A DNA stretch of 54,880 nucleotides, counting the filler, from Basidiobolus ranarum (taxonomy: Eukaryota), in the NCBI GenBank assembly GCA_040143965.1. It is 2 parts of 2 records of this genome, joined end to end, with 100 filler letters (N's around TTAATTAATTAA, not from the genome) between each part and the next. Parts side by side here need not be neighbours in the genome. Positions count along the whole stretch, not along the records: positions 1 to 27,443 come from JASJQH010000122.1; 1 more part is not named here. The stretch is one strand, 5' to 3'. A program made the translations under genes and the position numbers. This document shows, piece after piece, positions 13,207 to 25,272 of the stretch; positions within the stretch are counted from its first letter, which is position 1, and every line of letters begins with the position of its first letter. The notes under the pieces were generated by a model. It was given only the letters and a program-made list of their open reading frames with translations. It was not told the DNA's origin and ran no database searches.

Positions 13207-14298
13207 ATGAATCATTCAGATATACACAAACCTACTGTATGTGTTGTAGGAGCTGACCTCTTTCTTGGTTTACGGATCTGCTCGTATCTTTTATCTCTAA
13301 GTCATCGTCCTTTCGAAGTAGTTCGGGCAGTGGTGAAAGATACTAATCTTAATGAGAAGCTAGAGGGCTTCGGTTGCGAGGTGGTAAAGGCTGACTTTGA
13401 TGATCAGGAAGCTTTAACCTCTTGTTTTCGGAATTTTGACTGGGTCGTGATCCTGCCTTACCCACACCCGGAACGTGTTAGATTGGCGCTGTCATGTGTT
13501 GAAGCCTCTGATAAAGCACATGTGGAGAATATTTTATGCTGCACGTTCGTCGGAGTGGATTCACAGTTGAGTTCCTTACGCGAATTCAAAGAACTGGAGG
13601 ACCGTGTCACGCAAAGCCCTGCTCAAACTTACATATTACGGTGAGTATAGTGTTGTTTTTATGTTCGTGATTGTGATTATCTTAATTAATCATGGATTGT
13701 AATAGATTGACTTTTCTCTTGCAAACGTTCCTTTGGTGGCGTAAGAATTTCTTTGAAAAGAATGCGCTATCCATACCAATTGGGGAGGGGGAATTTGCGC
13801 CACTGGATGCCTCCAATGTATGCCAGGCTTGTGCTGAGATTATGGAGTATTGTACCATGGTCAATCGTCATCAAAGTCATACATATATTTTGACAGGTAT
13901 GTATTCACATTTGCATTTTGATGGATTGTAGTTTAGCGTCTTAATGAATATGCTTGATTCTAGGACCCAAGCTTTTGACGGGAGATGAGATCGCTAAGGT
14001 TGCTAGCGACACACTTAAAGTTCCCATCGTCTTCGATCCAGTTACGCGTGATGAATGTCGCCAATATCTTGAAAGTGTTGAAGACCTTGACTTATTCCGA
14101 ACTCCCGAGAATGTACCATACCGAATAGAAACTAACTTAGATTTGTGTGAGTTAGTGAGGCGTCGCGAAATGAACTTTGTTACTGAAGATATGATGAAGC
14201 TCACGGGAACCAGAGGAAAATCCGTGGCTAAATATTTTGAGGAAAATGCTGAATCTTTCCATCCACCGGCTCCTGCTTTTGAGAGCAGTAGGCTGTAG
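13207..14298 (+). CDS. NmrA-like / atypical SDR NAD(P)-binding Rossmann-fold protein, 3 exons (13207-13640, 13706-13896, 13963-14298)
   Basis: N-terminal VCVVGADLFLG (degenerate GxxGxxG), GCEVVKADFDDQEALTSCFRNFD, YILTGPKLLTGDEIA and C-terminal LTGTRGKSVAKYFEEN, typical of NmrA-like proteins. Confidence 0.8.
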
Positions 14299-14608
14299 TA
14301 TCAATGGCCACACCATTCGGTTTCTACCTGCGTTTAGTATGTTAGAGGAAGAAAGTTCACCCTGGAGCCGCTCTAGCCCGAAGGTTTCTCGTAAATCTGC
14401 CATATATATATACATGCTGTTTTTTCGACCTCGTTTTAGACTAGTCCTCTGCCGTGAATATATTTCCTTATTCATTTTTGCTTTTATATTATTGAATAAA
14501 ACTCCACGATTACATAATTAGGATGGTACATTTATTTCATATCGAAATCAAATAAAACCACGAGGTTTCGATTGAAAAAAGTTGTATAAAGAAGTTACCA
14601 TGGTCAGA

Positions 14609-15430
14609 TTAGTCATGTTTAAGCAGGTGTTCCTTCAGCTTCGGCATATTTGTTAGCGTGGCATCACAATGATGACATCTAAGAGGTGTTTTCAGGATAC
14701 TTTCGTACAACTTTTTGTCGTACTAAGATTCGATCAATATGAGTTAAATATCAATGTTTATGAACACTAACGCATGCATAGGTACCTTGATCTCGCCTTG
14801 GAGAGTCAACTCCTCTATTACAGTATCCACATCACGAAAGAAATCGGTTGTGAATGAATTCCAATGCGTCTTGTTCTTAAGACAGGGGGAAATAAAGTCT
14901 TGACTTATCACGTGCATATGAAGAGGCCTTTGAGAAATGGTTTTCAACTTAGTTCGTGAGAAGAGTCTATATTTGGAAGGAAAAGGGAATCTAACGTACT
15001 GTAAACTAGGTATTGCATGAAACCCTAATCGATACTTTGTAGATTCAGGAAAGTCCTTCTGTAGTTGTTCTATCAATTTCTCTCCTCTAGTTTTCAATTT
15101 CACAAGTAGTGTCAAGTCTTCTTTCTTTAATACGGATATAGACTCGATACCACTACGTGGTAATATAAGAAAATGTTTTTGGGCCTAAACATATGAGCCA
15201 AAGATAAGTCTCAAAAACGACGTGGTTGCAATCTAATTCCTATTCTTCACCTTTGGAAATTGGTCATATATTACTACCGCCTCTTCATCGAACGAATATA
15301 CTATCGAGGAAGGATATTTCTCCGGTTGTTCTATATAAGGTTTTAATACGGTCTTCCAATTTAATCCTCTACCTTTGGTTGTAGGAATGTCCTTTTTTGA
15401 AGTTTTATCGTTACGACTTGTATTATTCAT
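14609..15430 (-). CDS. HNT3: Aprataxin (HIT-family DNA 5'-adenylate hydrolase with C-terminal zinc finger), 4 exons
   Basis: IYDQFPK|AQKHFLILPR, GFHAIPSL, LHMHVISQDF (HIT motif), LKNKTHWNSFTTDFF, LRCHHC...MPKLKEHL. An alternative ATG lies at 15454. Confidence 0.93.
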
Positions 15431-16003
15431 AAGGACTTGAACTAAACAAATCATTTCTTTTAGAAAATACTATATGATATCGAAACGTCAAACTAAAAAA
15501 ATGTATATATACAAGCGTTTTTTTTCTGGTGTGAAGAATCTTCAGTAGTTTGCGAAATTTCTGAACACCATAAAGCGTTAATACTAGCGCTTACAGAAAG
15601 TACATACTATTTAACTACCTACTTTTCTTCTGAGAAACCAGAAGTATCGTTGAGTTAACCACGATGTTTACGAATAGGAAAAGTTATCTTTAGTTTGAAA
15701 TGTTTACCTTGTGTTCTTGTGTCTCGACTTCTCTTTCGTGTTTTTTATGTTGATTCATAATTTCTAAATAGCAAATGCCATCTGTGAATTTAGTAGCAAT
15801 GGTAGAGGTCCAATTTATATCAATTAATCTCTACTGACGCAATCAATTAGTGAGCTTGAAGTTGTCTATTTTATTGGGTGGATAACCACTTAATATAATA
15901 AATAAATAAATAATAGTGACACATGTTGATATGCATATATAGATAAATGATATCTGGTAAACAATGAATTCTAGGTTTTGATTTGGATTTCAATCAATCT
16001 AGT

Positions 16004-16789
<786 letters not shown>

Positions 16790-17408
16790 CTAAAGTGTAC
16801 TTTGGTGAGATTGTCTTGTATAGATTAATCCTATACGCGATGTTTATATGGTAGACCGGTGTGGGGTTTTTTCCGAAGACAGCAAAGGTTTATGCCCTTA
16901 GTTGTGGATACCAGTACGGAAGGTACGAATAAAATCGATTCTGTATGCGCTCCGCTGCGTTGTCCACAAAGTCAGGTAGTGGTAATAGAGACATTTCTCC
17001 ACTTTTCTTGATACTCCATGTCAGTTGTAGGTGAACGGAAAATCTCGATGTTCAATCATGCAATATCCAACTGTTTCGGTTGGCAGCTGTACCATCAACT
17101 TAGGATTTGTTTATCTTCCTACCTGAGGATCACCAATTTAAGGAAGGTCGGCTTTATTCCGGTTACTGCACAAATGATCACATTTCTTCAATTGCTGCAC
17201 AGGTTAACTTGATTTGGTTTTCCAACAATGATCTGTACCATAGGTTATTTACCAGCGCTAAATAGAAACCTGCAGGTATATCTGCTTATTTATTATGGAG
17301 AATAGGAAAATATACATTATATCTTCAGTGCTGAGGTTGTATATACATCAAGTACGTGATAGTCAATCTAACAATATTATATTATATTCTTGGGTAGGTA
17401 TCGTCTAG

Positions 17409-18156
17409 TCAAACCTCAGGGAATGTGGGTTTTCTATCTAAATCTGCTGGATAAAGGAGAATGCTTCGAAGAGATGCTTTCTGGCAAGTCGATCCAGAGA
17501 TGGTTGGGTCATTTATCGATGTTTCGTCTTTGTAATCAAATTGTGTTATTGGACTGGATTTAGTTGGACTCTCTATACTGGTATCTGAATCGTCAGTAGA
17601 CGAAAGCTGCTTAGAGCTTGGTCTACCACGCCTCTTTCTCGTAGCATCAATGCAAGAAGAAGACTTTCCATTACGAATACAACGAAGACAAGGTCTACTG
17701 GTATCACATGCTACATGGGAAGATTTACAATTGATACAAGCTTTTTGCACATAAACCTTTTTGATATTGTCTGGCTTTGAGACAGGCTTTGGTGTGTAAG
17801 GAATATCGATGATAGGGCTTGATATAGGGTTCCAACGTGGAGTCACGTATTTTTTACTTCTACGAGCAACTCTAGTGGCAGGCCTTTTTACAGGCTCAGG
17901 GTACAAATAGAAGGTTTCTGGGAGTGGTTTTGACAACTGTAAGCAAACAACACGAGTAAGTACAATGTTTGAATCCTGATCAGAAATTAACGAATGGTAT
18001 TACAACATAACTGGCTAAATACGGTATTTCTTGAAATTGGGCGGGAGGTCTTGGATGCAAAGATTGAGTTCGAACTAAAGGCCTAACTTCCCTCGAGCTA
18101 TTTGAGGCATACATACGAGGTGCAATGGAAGAATAAGTTCTACTTGCTGAGTCCAT
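17409..18156 (-). CDS. Small Zn(II)2Cys6 binuclear-cluster transcription factor; 5' exon structure uncertain
   Basis: YVQKACINCKSSHVACDTSRPCLRCIRNGKSSSCIDATRKRRGRP in exon 17938-17409 after a CAG acceptor. Candidate ATG at 18156 followed by a GTATGT donor; upstream exon phases not resolved. Confidence 0.82.
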
Positions 18157-18971
18157 GTTTTATGTTGACAAAGAAAACGTGTAAGGTTCGATGCGGATTG
18201 AAGACTTAAATATGGTTTCAGTCCACTAATCCAATCCACTAATCCACTGGATCATTGGATTGAAAAAACTCATGGCGTTCTATAGAATATCCAATATAAG
18301 CAACGAGGTTTTAAAGATAGTTCCACCAATGTTTAATTGCAGCGATGAGATTGAGTGATAGCAATGAATATTTGTAATGACTACTATTTGTGACCGCAAA
18401 AACCATAAGCCAATAGATCATTTCCAAGTGACTACTAAATTCGATCTAGATCGAAAATGGAAATACCACTTCACCTACAAGTTGAGTCTGTCAAATCCAC
18501 ATGTTTCCATGACAATATCAATATCAGCTGCGCAAATGAAAATTCTACTCCAGTTAGTATCCGGAATTCCATAAAGTAGTATCTCATCATCATTGGAGTG
18601 TGCTATTTCGTTTCCACTAATAGTACAGACGCAAGTAAGCACCAATATTTAGTAAATAGCCCAAGCAACTCGGTTCAGAGATAGGTCGACTTTTCAACTT
18701 TATTGCCAATAATTCATGGAACACATTTTTACGAATTCAGCCAGGTATAGGTTATGGGCATGATCGAGTAATACGGCTTCCACCGAGTTCATTTTTATGA
18801 AGCCGCATATGGAGTCGGAGGATGCATATTTCCGAAACAAAAAGATCAGAGTCATCTGGACTCTTTCACGGGTTTTCACGGTCCTTGTACCGTCCCATCA
18901 TTATATATTTTATTTATCATAATGTGATTAGCTTCCGAATGAGAATACTGCAGGTGTTGAGTGGTTTTACT

Positions 18972-19060
18972 GTGTTAATCATCCTCCTTTCATTCTTGAG
19001 TTTGCTGAGTGTTAATCATCCTCCGTTCTTTCTCAGGTTTACAGAGTGTTAATCATCTCC
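18972..19060. repeat. 37-bp minisatellite, ~2.4 copies (core GTGTTAATCATCCTCC)
   Basis: Cores start at 18972, 19009 and 19046; the intervening 21-mers are homologous to each other. Lies just 3' of the RasGEF stop codon. Confidence 0.9.
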
Positions 19061-19079
19061 AACCCAGTTGTTTTACTCT

Positions 19080-20144
19080 CTAGGAACTGAGACGTGGATT
19101 ACCTAGCATGAACACGTATAGATTTTCATCATTAACATCGTCATGCAACATGACTGCTAAACGATCAAAATCTTTCTGATGACCATGTTCACGCAAGCAG
19201 AGATCGATGAAGGCTTGAATCTCAGGAATGGGAGATATACTATACGTATGCTGAAACGTCTCAATTTCTTGGATCATGTCTGACGCATCAAATTCCTCTT
19301 TCTCTTCATGATCCTGTAATATAAGTTCTTTTTAACGAGTAGGAGGGAGGGAGAAGTTAATAGAGATCACATTAATAGTATCGGGTGAACCACTCTTGTA
19401 CCTAAGTAGGGAACTATCACAGAAGTGTGCTCTTGGGCTAGTCTTTTAACTCTATCGCGATATTCTCTAAAATCATTGTTGGCATCCATGAAACGGTAAA
19501 GGTGTTCTAGTGTAGCTTTCGCCTTTGGGTTAACAAACTACGGAATATTATCGTATATACTTAGTTGGGGAAATGGTAATTGTGGGTGCAAAATATCCTT
19601 GTACCTGCCATGTCTGTTTAAGACTTTGAACTTGTTTCAGTGATAGACAACTAAGAATGGCCATTGTGGTATTGAAATTGAACAAAAGGTGGCATCGCTA
19701 GTGTGGGCAAGGTAAGTCACAAGCAAAGGTTTGGTGGGAAATCTTGCAGTATATTTACGTTGGCTATGTTGATGATATGTTCTATAAGGGCAATCCTTCT
19801 AATGGTGTCTTTCTCTAGAAGGATGACTCTAGCAAACCAATTGGTAATCTGACAAGATAAATGAGTTTTACTGAGTGGTTCCATTTTCGTCTCTTTATAC
19901 ATGGTGTCTGCTTTACCTGGTGGTGAACACGGAGACTTGTTTTTATGTTTGAGGCCATCCATTCTTCTTTTTGGCACCATGCCTTGTAAATACATTCTAT
20001 AGGTGCAATCCGATTGTAAAGAAACGAATCTAAAATGGTCAGTTGATAGGCCATTTCCATCCCGTCTATCTCCAAGAACTTAATCTTGTTGATGACTTTG
20101 GCAGACACTGGAGTGTTCTTTTTCCTGGAATTGGGTCGAGTCAT
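19080..20144 (-). CDS. Stand-alone Cdc25/RasGEF-domain protein, 5 exons; 5' end uncertain
   Basis: EIDGMEMAYQLTILDSFLYNRIAPIEC, ITNWFARVIL...RRIALIEHIINIA, LFNFNTTMAILSCL, LKQTW, DFREYR, VPYL: RasGEF catalytic-domain motifs joined by GT-AG introns. Confidence 0.8.
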
Positions 20145-21116
20145 TTGATGCTTATCAAGGTTTACTTACTGGTGTCTATGTTCGGGGCTGGAGCAAGAAA
20201 TGGAAGTGTTTAACAATGGGAAAATTGTGACTAAATATACTCTCCGTGACTGCTCCCCTAAAATAGGAGTGGTGACTAGTAAATACGGAATTGTTAATAT
20301 CTATGCATGACCTACAAGTAGTAGATCAATGAAGCAGTAACTGTAATTTTTGGTGATCATTCTAGTAGCTCCTGAATTTTAGTGGTACTATTGCAACCAT
20401 CTATCGCAACCTTGGATCATGAAGCCTGTCAGATAAAATATGTAGCAATAAGTCCATTGTTGTGCCGCGAATAGGAGTTTTCAAAGCGGCAGGAAGTGGT
20501 AGAACGCAGGGAGCTTTTGATTAACAAGCATTTGACGAGTTATAAGAGCTCATAGAAGGGTTGTGGTCTATTGGGTGAGTTTTAGTCATTTGAGCTCTAT
20601 TTTGATGCTGTTAATCTTTAAGAAACCACTCAAAGATCGTACTTTTTAATCTCTAATAGGCTCCACAGACTTGGCTCTCCACCATTCCTGCTCATGTCTT
20701 TTCCCTTCTGCTATGCCTTTATCTCTAGGTTTAATATGTACGTAGGTGAGTGACGGGGTTATGGGTGATTGTCAGATGCTTTGGGTTAGTTATCTTATCC
20801 TGTTGTGTTGTGTAGATGACGTGTTTCAGTAGGAACTGGGTTTGTGGTCTCGGAGATATGCATCGAGATTGGTATGTCCTTAAATCATGCTTAATTAAAG
20901 TCAAGTCAGAAAAGTGCAACTTGATCCATTTTTATTAAGGAGGGTTGGTAATAAAGCAAGTTACTGCCAAGGGAGACAAGGTGTCAATGCGTAGCAATGC
21001 CTTGGGATGTGATCATATATAAAAGTTTAGGTGGTGCTGAGCTAGTTCACTGATGATCCCCTGTGTTTAAGGTGTTTCCACTCTTTTTAGGTACAATACT
21101 AACCCTAACCCTACTC

Positions 21117-23701
21117 TCAGGCTTTAGCTTTGAATCTAAAATTCTCCAATTTTTGTGAACTGCTGACCAGGATCGGACTATTTCCACACAACTGAGCGAT
21201 CTCTTTAGTTTTCCTAATTGGAGTACGGGGCGTCGTGTCATAAGCTGTGATAGAAGGGGGATCCGTGTTGAGAATTGCACACTTCTCTACATTTGTATCT
21301 GTACAAGAAAAACCGTTATCAACAAAGTTTCAAAGCAACTTTCCAAGCAGCATCTTACCATCAAACCCTAGGGTTGACTTGGACCTTGTCAATACCTCCT
21401 TAGGCTCTGAATCCAAGGTCATCGAGGCGTGACGTTTAACCGGTGAAGGCTATGATGAGATGTTAGCAAGGTAGTGTATTAATGGATAAAATTGTCACTT
21501 ACTGAATCGCATTCAGTTCTCGCAAATTTTGCTCGCAGACTTTTGGCAACTTGCTGTAAACGGTGTTGTGATCTATCAAAATCAGACTCTTCTGTTTCTA
21601 CTTCCAGATCGGTGATACAACGCTTAACGCTCAATATTTCTTTGAGTGGGGGTGGTGCTGTAGTTGGAGCAATCGATTTCTCACAAGACCATGTTCTAGT
21701 TCGAACGGGAGTGGGTGAATCATTCGCTGCAAAGTAATATTCTGTGTTGCTATTGCTATTTCTATTCGGTGTGAAATTATCAAAGATCTTCTCTGAATCT
21801 TCAATATTTCCCAACATATTGGAGTATTGATTGTTTTCAATTTCATTAGGTATAGATTCACTTTCCAGTTCAGATTCTGTTACTCCACCGGTTGTACTGT
21901 TATCCAAGATTTCGTTCATTTGTTCATCTAAGCGTAATAACCCGGAATCAATTGAAGTCTCGAGATGTTTACTGGTGTTCACAGGTTTAAAGAAAGCACT
22001 ACGTTCGGGTGTATTAATGGTTATTATTTTTGACTTTCGTGTGGGAGTGGATTTAGAGAATATCTTAGCCGAGGAGATGTTTGTACGACGAGGCTCTGAA
22101 TTCGATTTATCTAGGATACAATGAATATTTGTACTCCCTTTCATAGACTTCAATACCATGGACTCAAAACATCCAGATTTTCTTGGCTTAGGAGTAAAGA
22201 AATTCAACTGATTGGTGATCTAAATCGTCCAACAATGGTAAATAAACCGCGTAAGATGAATGATAATTCGTGGGTCTACCTTGTTCTTTTGAGTTACCGT
22301 TGTCTCGAATTCAACATAAGGTTCAAGTGAAATGGGGTCAATGATCCCCGTGGCGATATCTTTAGCGATATTTGATGACAACCGCCTGGGAAAAGTTAAA
22401 AAAGATTGCCTCGAATATTCTAAGATAAATCCAACACATACTTTCCAATAAAATCCACAATGATTAGATCTAAGCCTTCTTCGATGGGATTTAAAGGCAC
22501 TAACCCCATGGCCTCGGGACAGTAGACTTGCTGGTGCAAGAAGGTTAGCTCGGCCCGTTGAAACTTTTGCTCGTAATCAACAGGGATCTTTAAAGAGCCC
22601 TCTAGTCGCAAAATTCGAATGACCTATTGGCAATGGTAAAAGTATGTTTACAAAAGAGTCCATCAGAAGTTCGATGGGAAAAGTTGTTACCCGCTCGAAA
22701 ACATGATACTTTTGAAAGTATTTATGTGCAGTCTTCAACCCCATTCCAGGGATAGATTTCAAGTAATCACAACCAGACAGAATACACATCTGACGAAATT
22801 GTGAATGAGACCAACCTGAAAATACTGAATTCATTTTTTGAAGATTTTCAACTCTAATTTCTATGGCATTTCCTTGATGGTCCAATTTAAGTATCACCTG
22901 CACATTTACATCGAACAATTCTGTTAGAAAAGGACTATGCACTAGCTTCTCCACTAAACTTACACATTTACATCCATATACAAGAAGATCGGAATCCTCG
23001 GTAATCACTCCTGAAACTCGCCCTATTTTATCCAGGTAAGCTAGTTGCGCGTCGGCCTCATATGGCGCCACTATAAACTCCACCTCCTCTTCTTGTAGAG
23101 ACTATCAAATACGGTGCTCTTAGTTGGCATCCAGTTACATGGTTATCAATCATAATCACAAACCTTAATTAATTGGTAAGCCATTTGGGGAGTGATGTCA
23201 ACACATTTCTGAAAATAATCCATTGCCTCAGTCTTTTTGCCACTGTTATATAGAGCAATAGCTTTCGACCGGTTGGCGCTTCGTGAACTAACAGGACCAA
23301 AATCCGATTAATATGATTAATACGAAATATCAAACCAAGTACTAATAGTTTCTCAAGTCACCTCGAGCGGTCAAATTCTGTGGTTAATTTGGAAGGGAGT
23401 AGCCCGCCATCAAAAACTAATAAAGGCTTGATACCAAAACTTCGTAGTAATTTTATTTTATTCATACAATAAGTGACGTATCTACATAGATATAGAAAAG
23501 AACATTAGTGAAATGTCAATCTTTGAACTGACCAACTTACTTCTTAGTAGGCTCATTCAAGCACAACTCTTTAGCACATGAGAAAGCGCCCTTATGCAAC
23601 CAAACGTACGCGTCTACCGCAAGAGTTTGTCCAGCATATGTGGATAGATGAGTTTTCTGTTGGATAGGTTTGAGCAAAGGTAAAAGTCCGGATATTCCCA
23701 T
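21117..23701 (-). CDS. EXO1: Exonuclease 1 (XPG/Rad2 family), multi-exon
   Basis: [85 protein letters not shown]; long disordered tail ending [10 protein letters not shown]. Confidence 0.96.
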
Positions 23702-23925
23702 TATACACTTGAAAGAGTTGTCTGGCAAGAAAACAAGCAGACGATGTGACTTTTCGATATGAAATTTCGACCTTTGGTTAGCTCAAATTCAATTGGGTGT
23801 GATTCTACAATTGGTACTGAAAATAAACAATGTGCATTTTTATAAGCAGTACTATTGGGCGTCACATGATGCTAGTCAAAATTTGACGCATAAATATAAT
23901 TGCATAGAATTTACATTTATGAAAA

Positions 23926-25050
23926 ATGTATCAAACGAATAGAGGATATGCACTTTGCAGTCTAAAGCGAATTCAAAAGGTTTTTTCTTGTCAGAATCGA
24001 CTCAATCCAATAAACCGTTCTTTCAGTCAAAATTCATGGTTATACAAACAGAAGTTAACTGTCGAAGAGGAGCTTGTCATTCCTGAACGCCATCGCAAGT
24101 CCAAAGTACCAAAAACAGTGGAGGAGGTTGCAAAAGAATATAGTAAATTTTATGAAAATTATTATGGAAGTACCCGTTGGCCTCAACTTTTCAACAGTTT
24201 GAAAGCTCCCTCACGTTACAGTTGCTTAATGAATAAATACTCCTCTATCGACGAGAAACTCTCGATACCAGACAGCTTTAAAGAATTAAACCTTGAAAAG
24301 TTTCCTTTCAAGAGCTTAGATTGCTTTCAAATTTCGAATGATTTAGGCGGCTATTCATTCCCACGCCCAGAAAAGAACGATTCTACTGGTTTGTTAACTC
24401 ATTATCTACTAGACGCTGGATCAGTACTAGCTACCGAAGCATTAGATGTTCAACCTGGTGAGCATATCCTTGATATGTGCGCTTCACCAGGTGGAAAATC
24501 TCTATGTATACTACAACGTATGGGAGGAATAATTGGTGGACACCTTACCTGCAATGAGCCTTCAGCTACACGACGAAAAACTCTGGGTAGAGTTATGGCA
24601 GAGTATATTCCAAAGAATTTTGGTGTCGAAATTACGATAACGGGAGAAGAGGGGTGGAAGTTTCTATATTTTGGATTGGACCGTTATGACAAGGTTTTGG
24701 TGGATGCGCCCTGCTCTTCGGATAGACATATCTTACATGATGCCAGTGAACTAAAACTTTGGACTCCGTCTAGGACCAAGAATCTTGCCAAAAGACAGTT
24801 TGCTTTACTTCAATCAGCATTGAAAGTGGTAAAGCCAGGTGGAATAATAGTTTATAGTACATGTACATTAAGTGAGCTGGAGAATGATGAGATCATTGAA
24901 CGGACTTTGAAAAAGTCGAAGGTTCCTTTTGAGGTAATCCACGAAGATTGGTCATTTGGTGAGAAAACGAAGCATGGCTGGATTTGTTTGCCAGATACTG
25001 CCAATGGATTTGGACCTTTGTACTTTGCAAAGTTAAAGAAACTAGAGTAG
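23926..25050 (+). CDS. RNA cytosine-5 methyltransferase, NOL1/NOP2/Sun family, NSUN3/NSUN4-like, likely mitochondrial
   Basis: YLLDAGS, LDMCASPGGKS, DKVLVDAPCSSDRH, YSTCTLS..ENDEII, C-terminal FGPLYFAKLKK; Arg/Ser-rich N-terminus without acidic residues, resembling a mitochondrial presequence. Confidence 0.88.
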   Translation: MYQTNRGYALCSLKRIQKVFSCQNRLNPINRSFSQNSWLYKQKLTVEEELVIPERHRKSKVPKTVEEVAKEYSKFYENYYGSTRWPQLFNSLKAPSRYSCLMNKYSSIDEKLSIPDSFKELNLEKFPFKSLDCFQISNDLGGYSFPRPEKNDSTGLLTHYLLDAGSVLATEALDVQPGEHILDMCASPGGKSLCILQRMGGIIGGHLTCNEPSATRRKTLGRVMAEYIPKNFGVEITITGEEGWKFLYFGLDRYDKVLVDAPCSSDRHILHDASELKLWTPSRTKNLAKRQFALLQSALKVVKPGGIIVYSTCTLSELENDEIIERTLKKSKVPFEVIHEDWSFGEKTKHGWICLPDTANGFGPLYFAKLKKLE

Positions 25051-25272
25051 GAAATAAAACCTCTCTATTGTACCTAAGGAGTCTTTTGGGGAATCTTACT
25101 TGCCCCATCCCCTTTATTTATCCATTGATACTTGTCCCCTCTGCCGACCTTATGACAAATACGAGGCCCTTACACATGTGTTTAGAGTTAATAATAAATA
25201 TACAAATACAGCCTAGAAGTTGATGAGTTTATTTCACACAAATCCTTACAACCTATGGGTATTGTTTGAGAG

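Noticed and set aside
18221-18261. TCCACTAATCCA repeats with inverted TGGATT upstream of the Zn2Cys6 gene
   Set aside because: Short, low-complexity and compatible with ordinary CCAAT-box promoter sequence; insufficient to call a feature.
18972-19060. CRISPR-like repeat-spacer pattern
   Set aside because: The 'spacers' are homologous to each other, there are only ~2.4 units, the context is eukaryotic and no cas genes are present; it is a minisatellite.
19590-19602. ATATCCTT, a U12-type 5' splice-site-like motif
   Set aside because: It is on the + strand, antisense to the RasGEF intron, which has a normal GT donor; no minor-class introns were identified in the genes I modelled.
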